This document shows positions 1 through 8,796 of a stretch of DNA of 64,000 nucleotides, piece after piece (the first letter of the stretch is position 1; every line of letters begins with the position of its first letter). Made by a program: the position numbers and the translations under genes. This DNA comes from a virus (Duplodnaviria; Caudoviricetes). The notes under the pieces are model-generated. The model worked only from the letters and a program-made list of their open reading frames with translations. It did not search any database and was not told the origin of the DNA. The stretch covers positions 11,952-75,951 of IMG/VR virus record IMGVR_UViG_3300046030_000054. One strand, written 5' to 3'.

Positions 1-376
1 CTTTTTCAAACTCTTCAGTAAATAAGTTGGCTAATAATGCTGGTACTTTACCTCGATACACATCTGGTGAAATTCCATCCTTCTTCAATTTCTTAGCAAT
101 CAAAGTTAACTGATCTGCGCCAATTTTGTTGAAATATTCTTCCAGCGAAGATGTTTCTTTGTTTATTAAGTTCAGCAGTTTTTTAGAAGCAGATCTGGAG
201 ATTCCATCAGTGGCATACGTATTCAATGTTGATGAGGCAGGCATGGGTGAGTATTGGTTATCTGACGCATGCTCGATTATCAAGCTAACTGTTTCTTCTT
301 TTGAAGTATCTGCCGCATCCGGTAAATAAGGATTGACCAAATCTATTAAATAAGTGAAATTAGCTTCTTTTGCCAT
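1..376 (-). CDS. Partial ORF (runs off window), divergent from sigma gene; N-terminal domain resembles that of 39051..40268
   Basis: My translation: MAKEANFTYLIDLVNPYLPDAADTSKEETVSLIIEHASDNQYSPMPASSTLNTYATDGISRSASKKLLNLINK..., open to the window edge. Not in the ORF track. Confidence 0.8.
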   Translation of the reverse strand, partial: MAKEANFTYLIDLVNPYLPDAADTSKEETVSLIIEHASDNQYSPMPASSTLNTYATDGISRSASKKLLNLINKETSSLEEYFNKIGADQLTLIAKKLKKDGISPDVYRGKVPALLANLFTEEFEK

Positions 377-493
377 TTTGCTTCCCAGCTTTTTTGGAGT
401 TTTTCGGAGTTTCATATAAAAACTCGGAGGTTGATTTATGCCCATCTTGTTATTATTCAAATATCAGCTAGAGATTAGTGCTTAACAATAATA

Positions 494-522
494 ATTATAC
501 CAGACTGACACCGCTTTCTCGG
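494..522 (-). promoter_or_regulatory. Putative sigmaA promoter for the leftward gene
   Basis: Minus strand CCGAGA-17-TATAAT with TG extension; B has TTGAGA-17-TATACT at the equivalent place. Confidence 0.5.
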
Positions 523-623
523 ATAATTATTTTTGCATTCGCACATTTTTTTGGCTGATAAGCATGGGATGAGTGATTAACATCCATTACTAGCATGCGC
601 CGAATTGAATAACACTCTGTAAC

Positions 624-745
624 AAAGCCACTAGTAAGGCGCTGTTGCAGTACCCAAGCGATCTCTTCGTTTAGGTCTGTTTAACACACCCTAGTGGCTT
701 TTAATGTGCCTTCGATTCCTTCGCTTGGGAGATCCCAAACGGAGG
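624..745 (+). ncRNA. Putative structured cis-regulatory leader of the sigma gene
   Basis: Helices 624-634/691-701 and 653-661/721-729, with compensatory changes in copy B. Confidence 0.55.
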
Positions 746-754
746 TTTTATTAA

Positions 755-1273
755 ATGAAGACAAATAATAGTGAGTACGAATTAGTCGGTGAACAAAATA
801 ACAAGCTAATCGTCCGTGTAAAGCATATGGGCAACCAAACAGTAGTGATCACTAAAGCTGAAGGCAATGTCATTTTCGACTTTGACCATCAACAATATAA
901 TTCCGATCACCGAAACGAACGTCACCAAGATAAGTTCTTCAAGCAAGATCCATCTGATCCAGATATGAATATGATGGACACCCTGGCGGACCGCGAATCT
1001 ATTGAAGTCACCTCGATTTATGGTGAGGATAGCCTACTCGACAAAATCGTTGAAAAAGAGGGCCGTCAAAGTCGACAAATGTTAGCTGGGCAATTATCGA
1101 CTGCCTTAGCTACCTTAACGAATAAACAAAAATATGCCGTGACTCAGTATTACTATAATGGCGTCAAGAAAAATCAAATTGCCAAGAAGATGGGTATCAG
1201 CAAGGTTATGGCCGGTCGACATGTGAAAGCTGCTATCAAAAAGCTACGCCAATTTTACAACATTGAAGATTAA
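755..1273 (+). CDS. Sigma-70 region 4 (ECF-like) transcription activator
   Basis: C-terminal ALATLTNKQKYAVTQYYYNGVKKNQIAKKMGISKVMAGRHVKAAIKKLR is a sigma region 4 HTH; RBS ggagg. Confidence 0.8.
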   Translation: MKTNNSEYELVGEQNNKLIVRVKHMGNQTVVITKAEGNVIFDFDHQQYNSDHRNERHQDKFFKQDPSDPDMNMMDTLADRESIEVTSIYGEDSLLDKIVEKEGRQSRQMLAGQLSTALATLTNKQKYAVTQYYYNGVKKNQIAKKMGISKVMAGRHVKAAIKKLRQFYNIED

Positions 1274-1296
1274 TTTGAGAAAAGTGGACCACAGTA

Positions 1297-1330
1297 GGTT
1301 CACTTTTTTGCTGTTTCTGGCTAATAGATG
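1297..1330 (+). promoter_or_regulatory. Bipartite motif copy A1 (GGTTCACTTT-N10-CTGGC), overlapping the sigma-gene terminator hairpin
   Basis: One of six copies with identical spacing. Confidence 0.6.
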
Positions 1331-1368
1331 TGAGGAGTAACTCACGAAACCTAACGAAAGGAGACCAG

Positions 1369-1575
1369 ATGATGGCAAATAAGGTATCAATCAAGGTCAC
1401 TAAGCACCCTCACCAAGAAGGTGTTGTCATTATGCGCAACATCACTATCCGGGAACGATTGCTCCGGCTACTGCTTGGCAAGCCGCATCACTTGATGGTG
1501 ATTGCGCCCGGCAAGGATGTTCAGCAGCTACAGATTAATAAGGTAAAGGAGGCTTCACATGAGTACAATGAATGA
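1369..1575 (+). CDS. Small conserved hypothetical protein
   Basis: Conserved in B (41260..41463); RBS aaaggag. Confidence 0.75.
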   Translation: MMANKVSIKVTKHPHQEGVVIMRNITIRERLLRLLLGKPHHLMVIAPGKDVQQLQINKVKEASHEYNE

Positions 1576-1894
1576 TTTGGATCTGCAAATAAAAGAACGC
1601 GAAGAATTCTATCATCGCATGGCTGAAGAGGCGGTGGAAGGTCTTAAAACCATTCAGGCCGTTCGTCAGCAGTTATCCGGCGGCAACAATAATCAAGATG
1701 TTAATGAAAAGCCGAAACGTAATCCGGTTCAAGATAAGGTCACGATCCGTCAACTGCTGGCTAAGAGGTGCCAAGAAGGTTATACCAACCAGGTCAAGGA
1801 CCTCCTTCACAAGTTCGGTGCTGACAAGCTGTCAGATGTCAATTCTAAGGATTACGAGGATCTCTATTACAGCGCAGAGGGGATTGGACAATGA
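1559..1894 (+). CDS. Conserved phage hypothetical protein
   Basis: C-terminal VKDLLHKFGADKLSDV..KDYEDL conserved in B; overlaps flanking genes. Confidence 0.75.
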   Translation: MSTMNDLDLQIKEREEFYHRMAEEAVEGLKTIQAVRQQLSGGNNNQDVNEKPKRNPVQDKVTIRQLLAKRCQEGYTNQVKDLLHKFGADKLSDVNSKDYEDLYYSAEGIGQ

Positions 1895-3030
1895 GTTCAC
1901 CTAAACACCATGCCTTACTATCGGCTTCCAGCGCCAATCGCTGGTTAAGTGCTCCACCGCTGCCACGTTTAGAACAATACTTCCCGCACTCCACTTCAAG
2001 TGCAGCCGCCGAAGGAACTGCTGCCCACGCCTTGGGTGAATACAAGATCCATCGACTGCTCGGTGACCAATTCAAACGTCCTGTTTCTGATTACCAATCG
2101 GATGAAATGGAAAGCCTGACTGACGACTACGCCAGTTATGTCTTGGAGCAATACCAAAAGGCTAAACGGTATGCTAAGGATGCCACCATCAGCGTTGAAC
2201 AGAAGTTGGACTTCTCCAAATATGTCCCAGATGGCTTCGGCACTGGTGACTGTGTGATTGTTTCTGACCACCTGCTCCATATCATCGACTTCAAATATGG
2301 TAAAGGTGTCCGTGTTGAAGCTAAGAATAACCCACAAATGAAGCTTTACGCGATCGGAGCCCTTGAGATGTTCGGCAGCCTTTACAACGTCGATGAAGTC
2401 GAAACAACGATCTTTCAACCCCGCATGGCCAACATCAGTACCTGGACTATTAATGCTAAAGAACTAATGCATTGGGCCAATACCGAATTAAAAGCAAAGG
2501 CCGAACTCGCCTTTACTGGCAAAGGTACTGTCCATTATGGTCCTTGGTGTCAATTTTCCACTTGTAATGCGGTACTGCGAGCACGTTTTGACTATCATCA
2601 CAAGCTCACCCGCTTTCAACTACGGTCACCGAACTTGCTAACAGATAGTGAGGTTACTGAAGTACTAGAGCACATTGATGATCTAAACCGCTGGGCTCAC
2701 GAAGTTAAAGACTATGCTGCCAACTTAGCCATTAACCATGGGAAACAGTGGCCCGGCTACAAAATCGTTGAAGGACGATCTGTTCGTCATTATAAAGATG
2801 AAGCAGCTATAGCAAAAATTGCTGAAGAACACGGCTACCATGATATTTATCAAAAGAAGCTACTGCCAATTACAAAACTAGAAAAACAGCTCGGTAAGAA
2901 GAAATTCACTGAACTGTTTAGTCAAGAAATTGTAAAACCTGCGGGTAAGCCAACCTTGGTGCCAAATTCCGATCAACGTCAGAGTATTAGCAAATCTAAC
3001 CCACAAGATGAATTTAAGGAGGAAAAATAA
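1891..3030 (+). CDS. DUF2800 PD-(D/E)XK (Cas4-like) phage exonuclease
   Basis: HHALLSASSA, AAEGTAAH, FGTGDC..IIDFKYGKG motifs. Confidence 0.85.
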   Translation: MSSPKHHALLSASSANRWLSAPPLPRLEQYFPHSTSSAAAEGTAAHALGEYKIHRLLGDQFKRPVSDYQSDEMESLTDDYASYVLEQYQKAKRYAKDATISVEQKLDFSKYVPDGFGTGDCVIVSDHLLHIIDFKYGKGVRVEAKNNPQMKLYAIGALEMFGSLYNVDEVETTIFQPRMANISTWTINAKELMHWANTELKAKAELAFTGKGTVHYGPWCQFSTCNAVLRARFDYHHKLTRFQLRSPNLLTDSEVTEVLEHIDDLNRWAHEVKDYAANLAINHGKQWPGYKIVEGRSVRHYKDEAAIAKIAEEHGYHDIYQKKLLPITKLEKQLGKKKFTELFSQEIVKPAGKPTLVPNSDQRQSISKSNPQDEFKEEK

Positions 3031-3031
3031 T

Positions 3032-3583
3032 ATGTCACAACAAACTAAGGTCGTTACCGGTATCAACACTCGTCTCTCTTATGCCAACATCTGGGAACCT
3101 AAGTCTATCAATGGTGGTAAGGAAAAGTATTCAGTTAGTCTAATCATCCCCAAGTCCGATCAAAAGACAGTCACTGCCATCGAAAAAGCTATCGATGCTG
3201 CCATTCAGGAAGGAATTGGAAAGTTTGGTGGTAAGAAGCCTAATAAGGCCACTCTCAAGCTACCTCTTCGAGATGGGGATGTGGAGCGTGATGATGCCGC
3301 CTACCAAGATAGTTACTTTATCAATGCTAATTCGATCACGGCACCACAGATTGTGGATAAGCATGTCCAACCAATCCTTGATCGTGATGAAGTTTACAGT
3401 GGCTGCTATGCCCGAGTATCGATTAACTTCTATGCTTTTAACACCAACGGTAACCGTGGAATTGCCTGTGGCCTGGGTAACATCCAAAAGATCCGTGATG
3501 GAGAACCACTAGGTGGACATGCTAGTGCCAGCGATGACTTCACAGCGATTGATGGTAGCAATGACGATGATTTCTTAGCTTAA
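3032..3583 (+). CDS. DUF2815 single-stranded DNA-binding protein
   Basis: RLSYANIWEPK, KYSVSLIIPK, YSGCYARVSINF, GLGNIQK and acidic tail; ATG after aggagg. Confidence 0.85.
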   Translation: MSQQTKVVTGINTRLSYANIWEPKSINGGKEKYSVSLIIPKSDQKTVTAIEKAIDAAIQEGIGKFGGKKPNKATLKLPLRDGDVERDDAAYQDSYFINANSITAPQIVDKHVQPILDRDEVYSGCYARVSINFYAFNTNGNRGIACGLGNIQKIRDGEPLGGHASASDDFTAIDGSNDDDFLA

Positions 3584-3591
3584 ACCAAAAG

Positions 3592-3622
3592 ATGGGCAGT
3601 CGACTTTGACTACCCATTTTTT
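3592..3622 (+). terminator. Intrinsic terminator after SSB
   Basis: atgggcagtc/gactacccat stem plus T-tract; identical in B. Confidence 0.65.
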
Positions 3623-3638
3623 GTAGAAAGGATTTCTA

Positions 3639-5573
3639 ATGAAACAGCTTTCGATTGATATTGAAACTTATTCCAGCACCAACCTAAATCAGACTGGCGT
3701 CTATCGATACGCTGATAGCGATGATTTTGAGCTTTTGCTCTTTGGTTATGCTACCGACTTTGGCCCCGTCAAGGTGGTGGACTTAACCCAGGGTGAAAAG
3801 ATTCCACCACAGATTATTGAAGCCCTAGATAATCCCAACATTATTAAGAGTGCTTTTAATGCTCAATTTGAACGGGTCTGTCTGTCATGCTTTGTTGGTC
3901 ACCGCTTAAAGCCAACTGGTTGGCATTGTTCTCGCGTTTGGTCTGCCACTCTCGGCTTGCCATTATCACTACGAGATGTTGGAAGCGTGTTAGGGTTACC
4001 ACGGCAAAAGATCACTGCTGGTAAAGAGCTTGTGCGCTACTTCTGTACACCTTGCAAACCTACGAAGGCCAATCAAAATCGCACTCGTAACTTCCCCTAC
4101 CATGCTCCTGATAAATGGCAACAGTTTAAGCAATACAATCAGCGTGACGTCGAGGTTGAAATGGAAATCACCCAGAAGCTCGAATGCTTCCCCGTCCCAC
4201 AGAATGAATGGGAAAACTACTGGATGGATCAAGACATTAATGATCGCGGTATCCGGATTGACCAACAACTGGTTAACAATGCGATCAAATGTCAAAACGT
4301 CTTCCATGACCAGTACTTACAGACTGCTAAAGAATTAACAGGTCTAGCAAATCCTAACTCTCCATTACAGCTAAAAGACTGGCTCCAGCAGCAAGGTATT
4401 AAAACTAATTCACTATCCAAAGCATCAGTGGCACAGCTATTACAAACAACTACCGGCACGGTTCATCAAGTATTAGCTCTCCGTCAGTTACTCTCCAAAT
4501 CAAGTGTCAAAAAGTACCAGGCTATGCAGAAAGCTATGTGCCAAGATGGTCGTGTCCATGGTCTTTTACAATTTTATGGTGCAAACCGTACCGGTCGCTG
4601 GGCTGGTCGCCTTGTACAAGTACAAAATCTGCCCCGTAATTCAATGCCAGACCTCGAAGAAGCTCGCGAATTAGTTAAGCAAGGCAACGTACCAGCACTT
4701 GCAATGCTTTATGATTCAGTGCCAGACGTCTTATCACAATTGATTCGCACTGCTTTTATCCCTAGCAAAAATCATCATTTCTACGTGGCTGACTTCTCAG
4801 CGGTTGAAGCACGGGTGATTGCTTGGCTATCTAATGAAAAATGGCGACAAGAATCCTTTGCCAAGAATGAAGATATCTATTGTGCATCCGCGAGTCAGAT
4901 GTTTGGTGTCCCGGTCGTCAAACATGGCATCAATGGTGAACTCCGTCAAAAGGGTAAAATTGCCGAACTCGCCCTGGGCTATGGCGGTTCCATTGGTGCC
5001 CTCAAAGCCATGGGTGCCACTAAGCTTGGCTTAACTGATGATGAATTACCGCCACTGGTTCAAATGTGGCGTATTGCTAGTCCTCACATTGTGCAGTTTT
5101 GGTGGGACGTTGATAAAGCGGCTAAAGCTTGTATTAAAACCCACCTTCCTCAAGAATCTCACGGTATGAAATTCGCCTACCGCAGTGGTTGTATGTTTCT
5201 AAAATTACGTTCTGGTCGATCTCTTTGTTATCCCCAACCTAAGATCGGCATTAACCGCTTTGGTAGTGAGTCCATTACTTTCATGGGCATTAACACCGTC
5301 AAGAAATGGTCACGAATTGAAACCTATGGTGCTAAGTTAGTCGAAAACATCGTCCAGGCCACTAGTCGTGATCTCTTAGCTGAAGCCATGCGCCGTTTAG
5401 AAGCAGCCGGCAACCCGGCCGTAATGCATATTCATGACGAAGCCGTAATTGACGCCCCTTCCAATCGGTCACTTGACACCATGGTTCAGCTCATGACCGA
5501 AGTTCCAGACTGGGCCAATGGCTTAATCCTCAACGCTGCTGGTTTTGTTAGCGACTTTTACAAAAAAGATTAA
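3639..5573 (+). CDS. Phage family A DNA polymerase with 3'-5' exonuclease domain
   Basis: SIDIETYS and AFNAQFER (exo); RTGRWAGR, ADFSAVEAR, KIAELALGYG, MHIHDE (pol). Confidence 0.92.
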   Translation: MKQLSIDIETYSSTNLNQTGVYRYADSDDFELLLFGYATDFGPVKVVDLTQGEKIPPQIIEALDNPNIIKSAFNAQFERVCLSCFVGHRLKPTGWHCSRVWSATLGLPLSLRDVGSVLGLPRQKITAGKELVRYFCTPCKPTKANQNRTRNFPYHAPDKWQQFKQYNQRDVEVEMEITQKLECFPVPQNEWENYWMDQDINDRGIRIDQQLVNNAIKCQNVFHDQYLQTAKELTGLANPNSPLQLKDWLQQQGIKTNSLSKASVAQLLQTTTGTVHQVLALRQLLSKSSVKKYQAMQKAMCQDGRVHGLLQFYGANRTGRWAGRLVQVQNLPRNSMPDLEEARELVKQGNVPALAMLYDSVPDVLSQLIRTAFIPSKNHHFYVADFSAVEARVIAWLSNEKWRQESFAKNEDIYCASASQMFGVPVVKHGINGELRQKGKIAELALGYGGSIGALKAMGATKLGLTDDELPPLVQMWRIASPHIVQFWWDVDKAAKACIKTHLPQESHGMKFAYRSGCMFLKLRSGRSLCYPQPKIGINRFGSESITFMGINTVKKWSRIETYGAKLVENIVQATSRDLLAEAMRRLEAAGNPAVMHIHDEAVIDAPSNRSLDTMVQLMTEVPDWANGLILNAAGFVSDFYKKD

Positions 5574-5580
5574 TTTTAAT

Positions 5581-5625
5581 GGTTTACTTTCTGCCCTCAT
5601 CTGGCTTATTGGTGAGGGCTTTTTT
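5581..5625 (+). promoter_or_regulatory. Bipartite motif copy A2, overlapping polymerase terminator hairpin
   Basis: GGTTTACTTT-N10-CTGGCTTAT; gccctca/tgagggc stem plus T-tract, compensated to gtcctca/tgaggac in B. Confidence 0.6.
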
Positions 5626-5657
5626 AGTTCTCTAATTTAATGAAAGGATCTGAATCT

Positions 5658-6044
5658 ATGTCAGAAGCAACCATAGCAATTACCAAGCTGCGCCAAGATA
5701 AACTGAATCCACACTACCGACCAATGATCTTTGTCATTGCGCCGTTTACAGAAGTAGTAAAGAGCGATGCTAAAAGTACCATGACAGTGCGCTCTTACTG
5801 CCGTTTTATCTATCAACATGGTGGCATCCCCGTTTGTCCACAGCTTTACCTACCTCAATTTATTAACCTGCACCATTCACAGGAATTTCAAGTAGCCACT
5901 TTTATTAACATTGTGCTACTGACTAAATGCGCCGAAGCCTGGTCATTTGGTAAACCGACGCACGATATGTGCTACTTCATCCGCTTTGCCAAACGTAAAA
6001 ATAAAAATATCCGCTACTTTAATAATGAAATGGAGGCCAACTAA
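5658..6044 (+). CDS. DUF4406-like (deoxyribosyltransferase-fold-like) phage protein
   Basis: FVIAPF..YCRFI..GGIPVCPQLYLPQF..LLTKCAEAWSFG pattern. Confidence 0.6.
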   Translation: MSEATIAITKLRQDKLNPHYRPMIFVIAPFTEVVKSDAKSTMTVRSYCRFIYQHGGIPVCPQLYLPQFINLHHSQEFQVATFINIVLLTKCAEAWSFGKPTHDMCYFIRFAKRKNKNIRYFNNEMEAN

Positions 6045-6046
6045 AG

Positions 6047-8302
6047 ATGCATTTTACTTTATCGACGGCAGTTAATTCCGGTCAGGCTAGCAATACGATC
6101 TATCCTCATCAACAAGCTATTACTAATGCACAGGAATTAGAACAAGCTGTCCGCTATGACCATGTCTGCGGTCAATTTCAAAATAACCAACGCACCATTG
6201 CCAACTTCATCAAAGCCGATTGCCTAATTATGGACTGCGATAACGATCATTCTGACGATCCGACTACTTGGATCAAACCTGCAAACATTGCTAACTATTT
6301 CGATGATGTTTCCTACGCCATTACTTTCTCGCGAAACAATATGAAGGCCAAGCACCATAAAACACCCCGGCCTAAGTTTCACGTCTACTTTCCGATTACT
6401 GAGATTACGGATGCTAAAACCTACGCCGAACTAAAACACGAAATTCAAGAATACTTTCCCTATTTTGATGACAATGCGCTTGATGCGGCCCGGTTTGTCT
6501 TTGGTGTGCCTAGTACTAAAGCCATCTGGCATGAAGGATCACAAGCCGTGGACAAATTTATGATGGCCCAGCGTTACTTTGCTCAGCAAAACATCGGATC
6601 AATCCATGAAGGCAAACGTAATGCTACCCTTTCGCATTTTGCCGGTCGCATCATTATGCGTCTTGGCAATACTGCTGAAGCTCGTCAGGCATTTCAGGAA
6701 GAAGCTGCTAAATGTGATCCACCACTAAGCAAGCAGGAATTAAAAAACATCTGGCATAGTGCCACCAAATTTGGTCAACGCATGGCTAATCAAAAAGATT
6801 ATATTCCGCCCGAAAAATACAATCAGCCCAATGATGACTTACAGCCAGCTGACTACTCGGACACTGGGGAATCTTATGTCTTTGTAAACAACTGTAAAGA
6901 GCGGGTCTGCTACACCAATCAATCAGGTTTTATGTGGTTCGACGGTAAGGTCTGGCAAGAATCGGAACCTTTAGCTCTCGGCGAAGTCCAACGTTTTACC
7001 GATAAACAATTAACTGATGCTCAGCTTCGTGTCACTAATAGTTATAAGAAGATTCAGCAAAATGGTGTGACATCCGCTTTGCAAGCAATGGGTAAAACTA
7101 AAGCTAGTCGGACTTTTAACGATGAACAACAGGCAGCGTTCAAGAATTACGAAAATGCTAAAGCTTACGAAGCCTTCATTCTCAAGGAACGCAGCACCCG
7201 TGGTATTAACGGGATCTTAACTAATTCTCGACCAAAGCTCGTCAAAGAGATTAATGATTTTGATGCTGATCCGTTTTTGTTGAACACGCCCAACGGACCT
7301 TTCAATTTAAAGAAAGGGATGCACGGTCAACAGGAAATTCAAGCTGATGAATTAATCACCAAATCCACATCCTGTATTCCTGGTAATCAAGGAGCTTCAC
7401 TCTGGCAAGAAGCACTCACTACTTTCTTCTGTGGTGACCAAGCGTTGATTAATTACGTCCAAGAAATTGTGGGACTGGTGGCGATCGGTCAGGTGTACCT
7501 GGAAGCTCTGATTATTGCTTACGGCAGCGGGAGGAATGGTAAGTCAACCTTCTGGAACACCATCGCTAATGTACTCGGCACTTATACCGGTCACCTCTCA
7601 GCTGATGCCTTGACCACTGGTGTCCGGCGAAACGTCAAACCAGAGATGGCCGAAGTCAAAGGCAAGCGACTAATCATCTCCGCGGAATTGGAAGAAGGTA
7701 AACGCCTGAACACTTCCATCGTCAAGCAACTTTGTTCAACTGATGAAATCTATGCCGAAAAGAAATACATGAAACCTTTCTCCTTTACGCCCAGCCACAC
7801 CATCGTGTTATACACCAATTACCTGCCCCACGTAGGTGGTAATGATGAAGGAATCTGGCGACGGTTAATTGTGATCCCCTTTAAAGCTACGATCGCTAAA
7901 CGCAATGATATTAAGAATTACGCCCAGTACCTAACCGAAAAAGCTGGGCCGGCAGTCTTGCAGTGGATCATTGAAGGCGCACAGCGAACCATTCAGCAAA
8001 ATTACCGATTAACTACTCCGGCGGCAGTCGAAAAAGCGGTCAATGCTTACCATGCTGACAATGATTGGCTCGGACATTTTCTCAACGAAAAATGCGAATT
8101 AAACCCAGAATATGAGCAAAAGTCCGGTGACCTCTATCAAAAGTATCGCGAATACTGCCAAGGCATCGGTGAATATATCCGCAGCACGACTGACTTTTAC
8201 ACCGCCCTCAAAAATGCTGGCTTTCAACGTCAACATAAACAAAACGGTCGTTTCATCGAGGGACTGCGATTAAAAGTTGATGCCGACGAATTCCTCAGTT
8301 GA
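6047..8302 (+). CDS. P4-family primase-helicase (primase, PriCT, D5/SF3 helicase)
   Basis: DCDNDH, KFHVYFP, GKRNATL and Walker A GSGRNGKST. Confidence 0.9.
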   Translation: MHFTLSTAVNSGQASNTIYPHQQAITNAQELEQAVRYDHVCGQFQNNQRTIANFIKADCLIMDCDNDHSDDPTTWIKPANIANYFDDVSYAITFSRNNMKAKHHKTPRPKFHVYFPITEITDAKTYAELKHEIQEYFPYFDDNALDAARFVFGVPSTKAIWHEGSQAVDKFMMAQRYFAQQNIGSIHEGKRNATLSHFAGRIIMRLGNTAEARQAFQEEAAKCDPPLSKQELKNIWHSATKFGQRMANQKDYIPPEKYNQPNDDLQPADYSDTGESYVFVNNCKERVCYTNQSGFMWFDGKVWQESEPLALGEVQRFTDKQLTDAQLRVTNSYKKIQQNGVTSALQAMGKTKASRTFNDEQQAAFKNYENAKAYEAFILKERSTRGINGILTNSRPKLVKEINDFDADPFLLNTPNGPFNLKKGMHGQQEIQADELITKSTSCIPGNQGASLWQEALTTFFCGDQALINYVQEIVGLVAIGQVYLEALIIAYGSGRNGKSTFWNTIANVLGTYTGHLSADALTTGVRRNVKPEMAEVKGKRLIISAELEEGKRLNTSIVKQLCSTDEIYAEKKYMKPFSFTPSHTIVLYTNYLPHVGGNDEGIWRRLIVIPFKATIAKRNDIKNYAQYLTEKAGPAVLQWIIEGAQRTIQQNYRLTTPAAVEKAVNAYHADNDWLGHFLNEKCELNPEYEQKSGDLYQKYREYCQGIGEYIRSTTDFYTALKNAGFQRQHKQNGRFIEGLRLKVDADEFLS

Positions 8303-8470
8303 CTGTCATCGACTGTCACACTTTAAAACTCTAAAAGCTTGATACATCAGTGTTTACCAACCCTAATGACAGTCGTGACACTCTTTTACATTACTTGTAT
8401 ATAGGAATAAAAATAGAAAAAAAGAGTATAGAGAAGAGTAGTAAAACAACTGTCACGACCGTCATTAACC
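8301..8470. repeat. Putative replication origin: direct and inverted TGAC(A/G)GTC-type repeats around an AT-rich core
   Basis: gactgtcatcgactgtcac, tgacagtcgtgaca, actgtcacgaccgtca flanking an A-rich tract; same layout in B at 48175-48345. Confidence 0.55.
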
Positions 8471-8514
8471 CTGACGAATCACCGATATATCAACGTTTAG
8501 GAAGGATTTTACAA

Positions 8515-8796
8515 ATGTTAGAAAAACAAATCGAAACTACTTTTGTCAAAGCTACCCACCAACGCGGAGGTCTTTGCCTAAAGTTCACCTCCCCATCGAT
8601 GGCCGGAGTACCTGATCGATTGGTCCTCCTGCCTGATGGTCACATGGGCTTTGTGGAGATGAAGGCTCCTGGTAAACATCCCCGCCCGTTACAAGTGCAA
8701 AGACTCAACCAGTTAAAACAACTTGGTTACCAGGTTTTTGTTTGCGATCAGTTTGATCAGATTGGAGGAATGCTAGATGCAATACAAACCGCATGA
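8515..8796 (+). CDS. VRR-NUC domain nuclease
   Basis: GVPDRLV..FVEMKAPG..RPLQ; start reset to MLEKQIE by comparison with B. Confidence 0.88.
   Translation: MLEKQIETTFVKATHQRGGLCLKFTSPSMAGVPDRLVLLPDGHMGFVEMKAPGKHPRPLQVQRLNQLKQLGYQVFVCDQFDQIGGMLDAIQTA

Noticed and set aside
126-329. 67-aa plus-strand ORF
   Set aside because: It is the antisense shadow of the longer minus-strand ORF 1..376, which has a promoter and a homologue in B.
1891-3030. Cas4-like nuclease suggesting CRISPR
   Set aside because: No repeat-spacer array or other cas genes in the window; DUF2800 is a standard phage replication/recombination gene here.
3195-3512. Alternative-frame ORFs (3195..3512, 3260..3487) identical in both elements
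   Set aside because: Their conservation is explained by the identical DNA tract over the SSB gene; no RBS or recognisable domain.
8350-8514. N-terminal extensions in the ORF track (also 19271, 27692, 28951, 37006, 40554, 42800, 48599, 59058, 60384)
   Set aside because: Downstream starts have proper RBSs, and for core genes they match the paralogous copy; the 8350 extension spans the putative origin.
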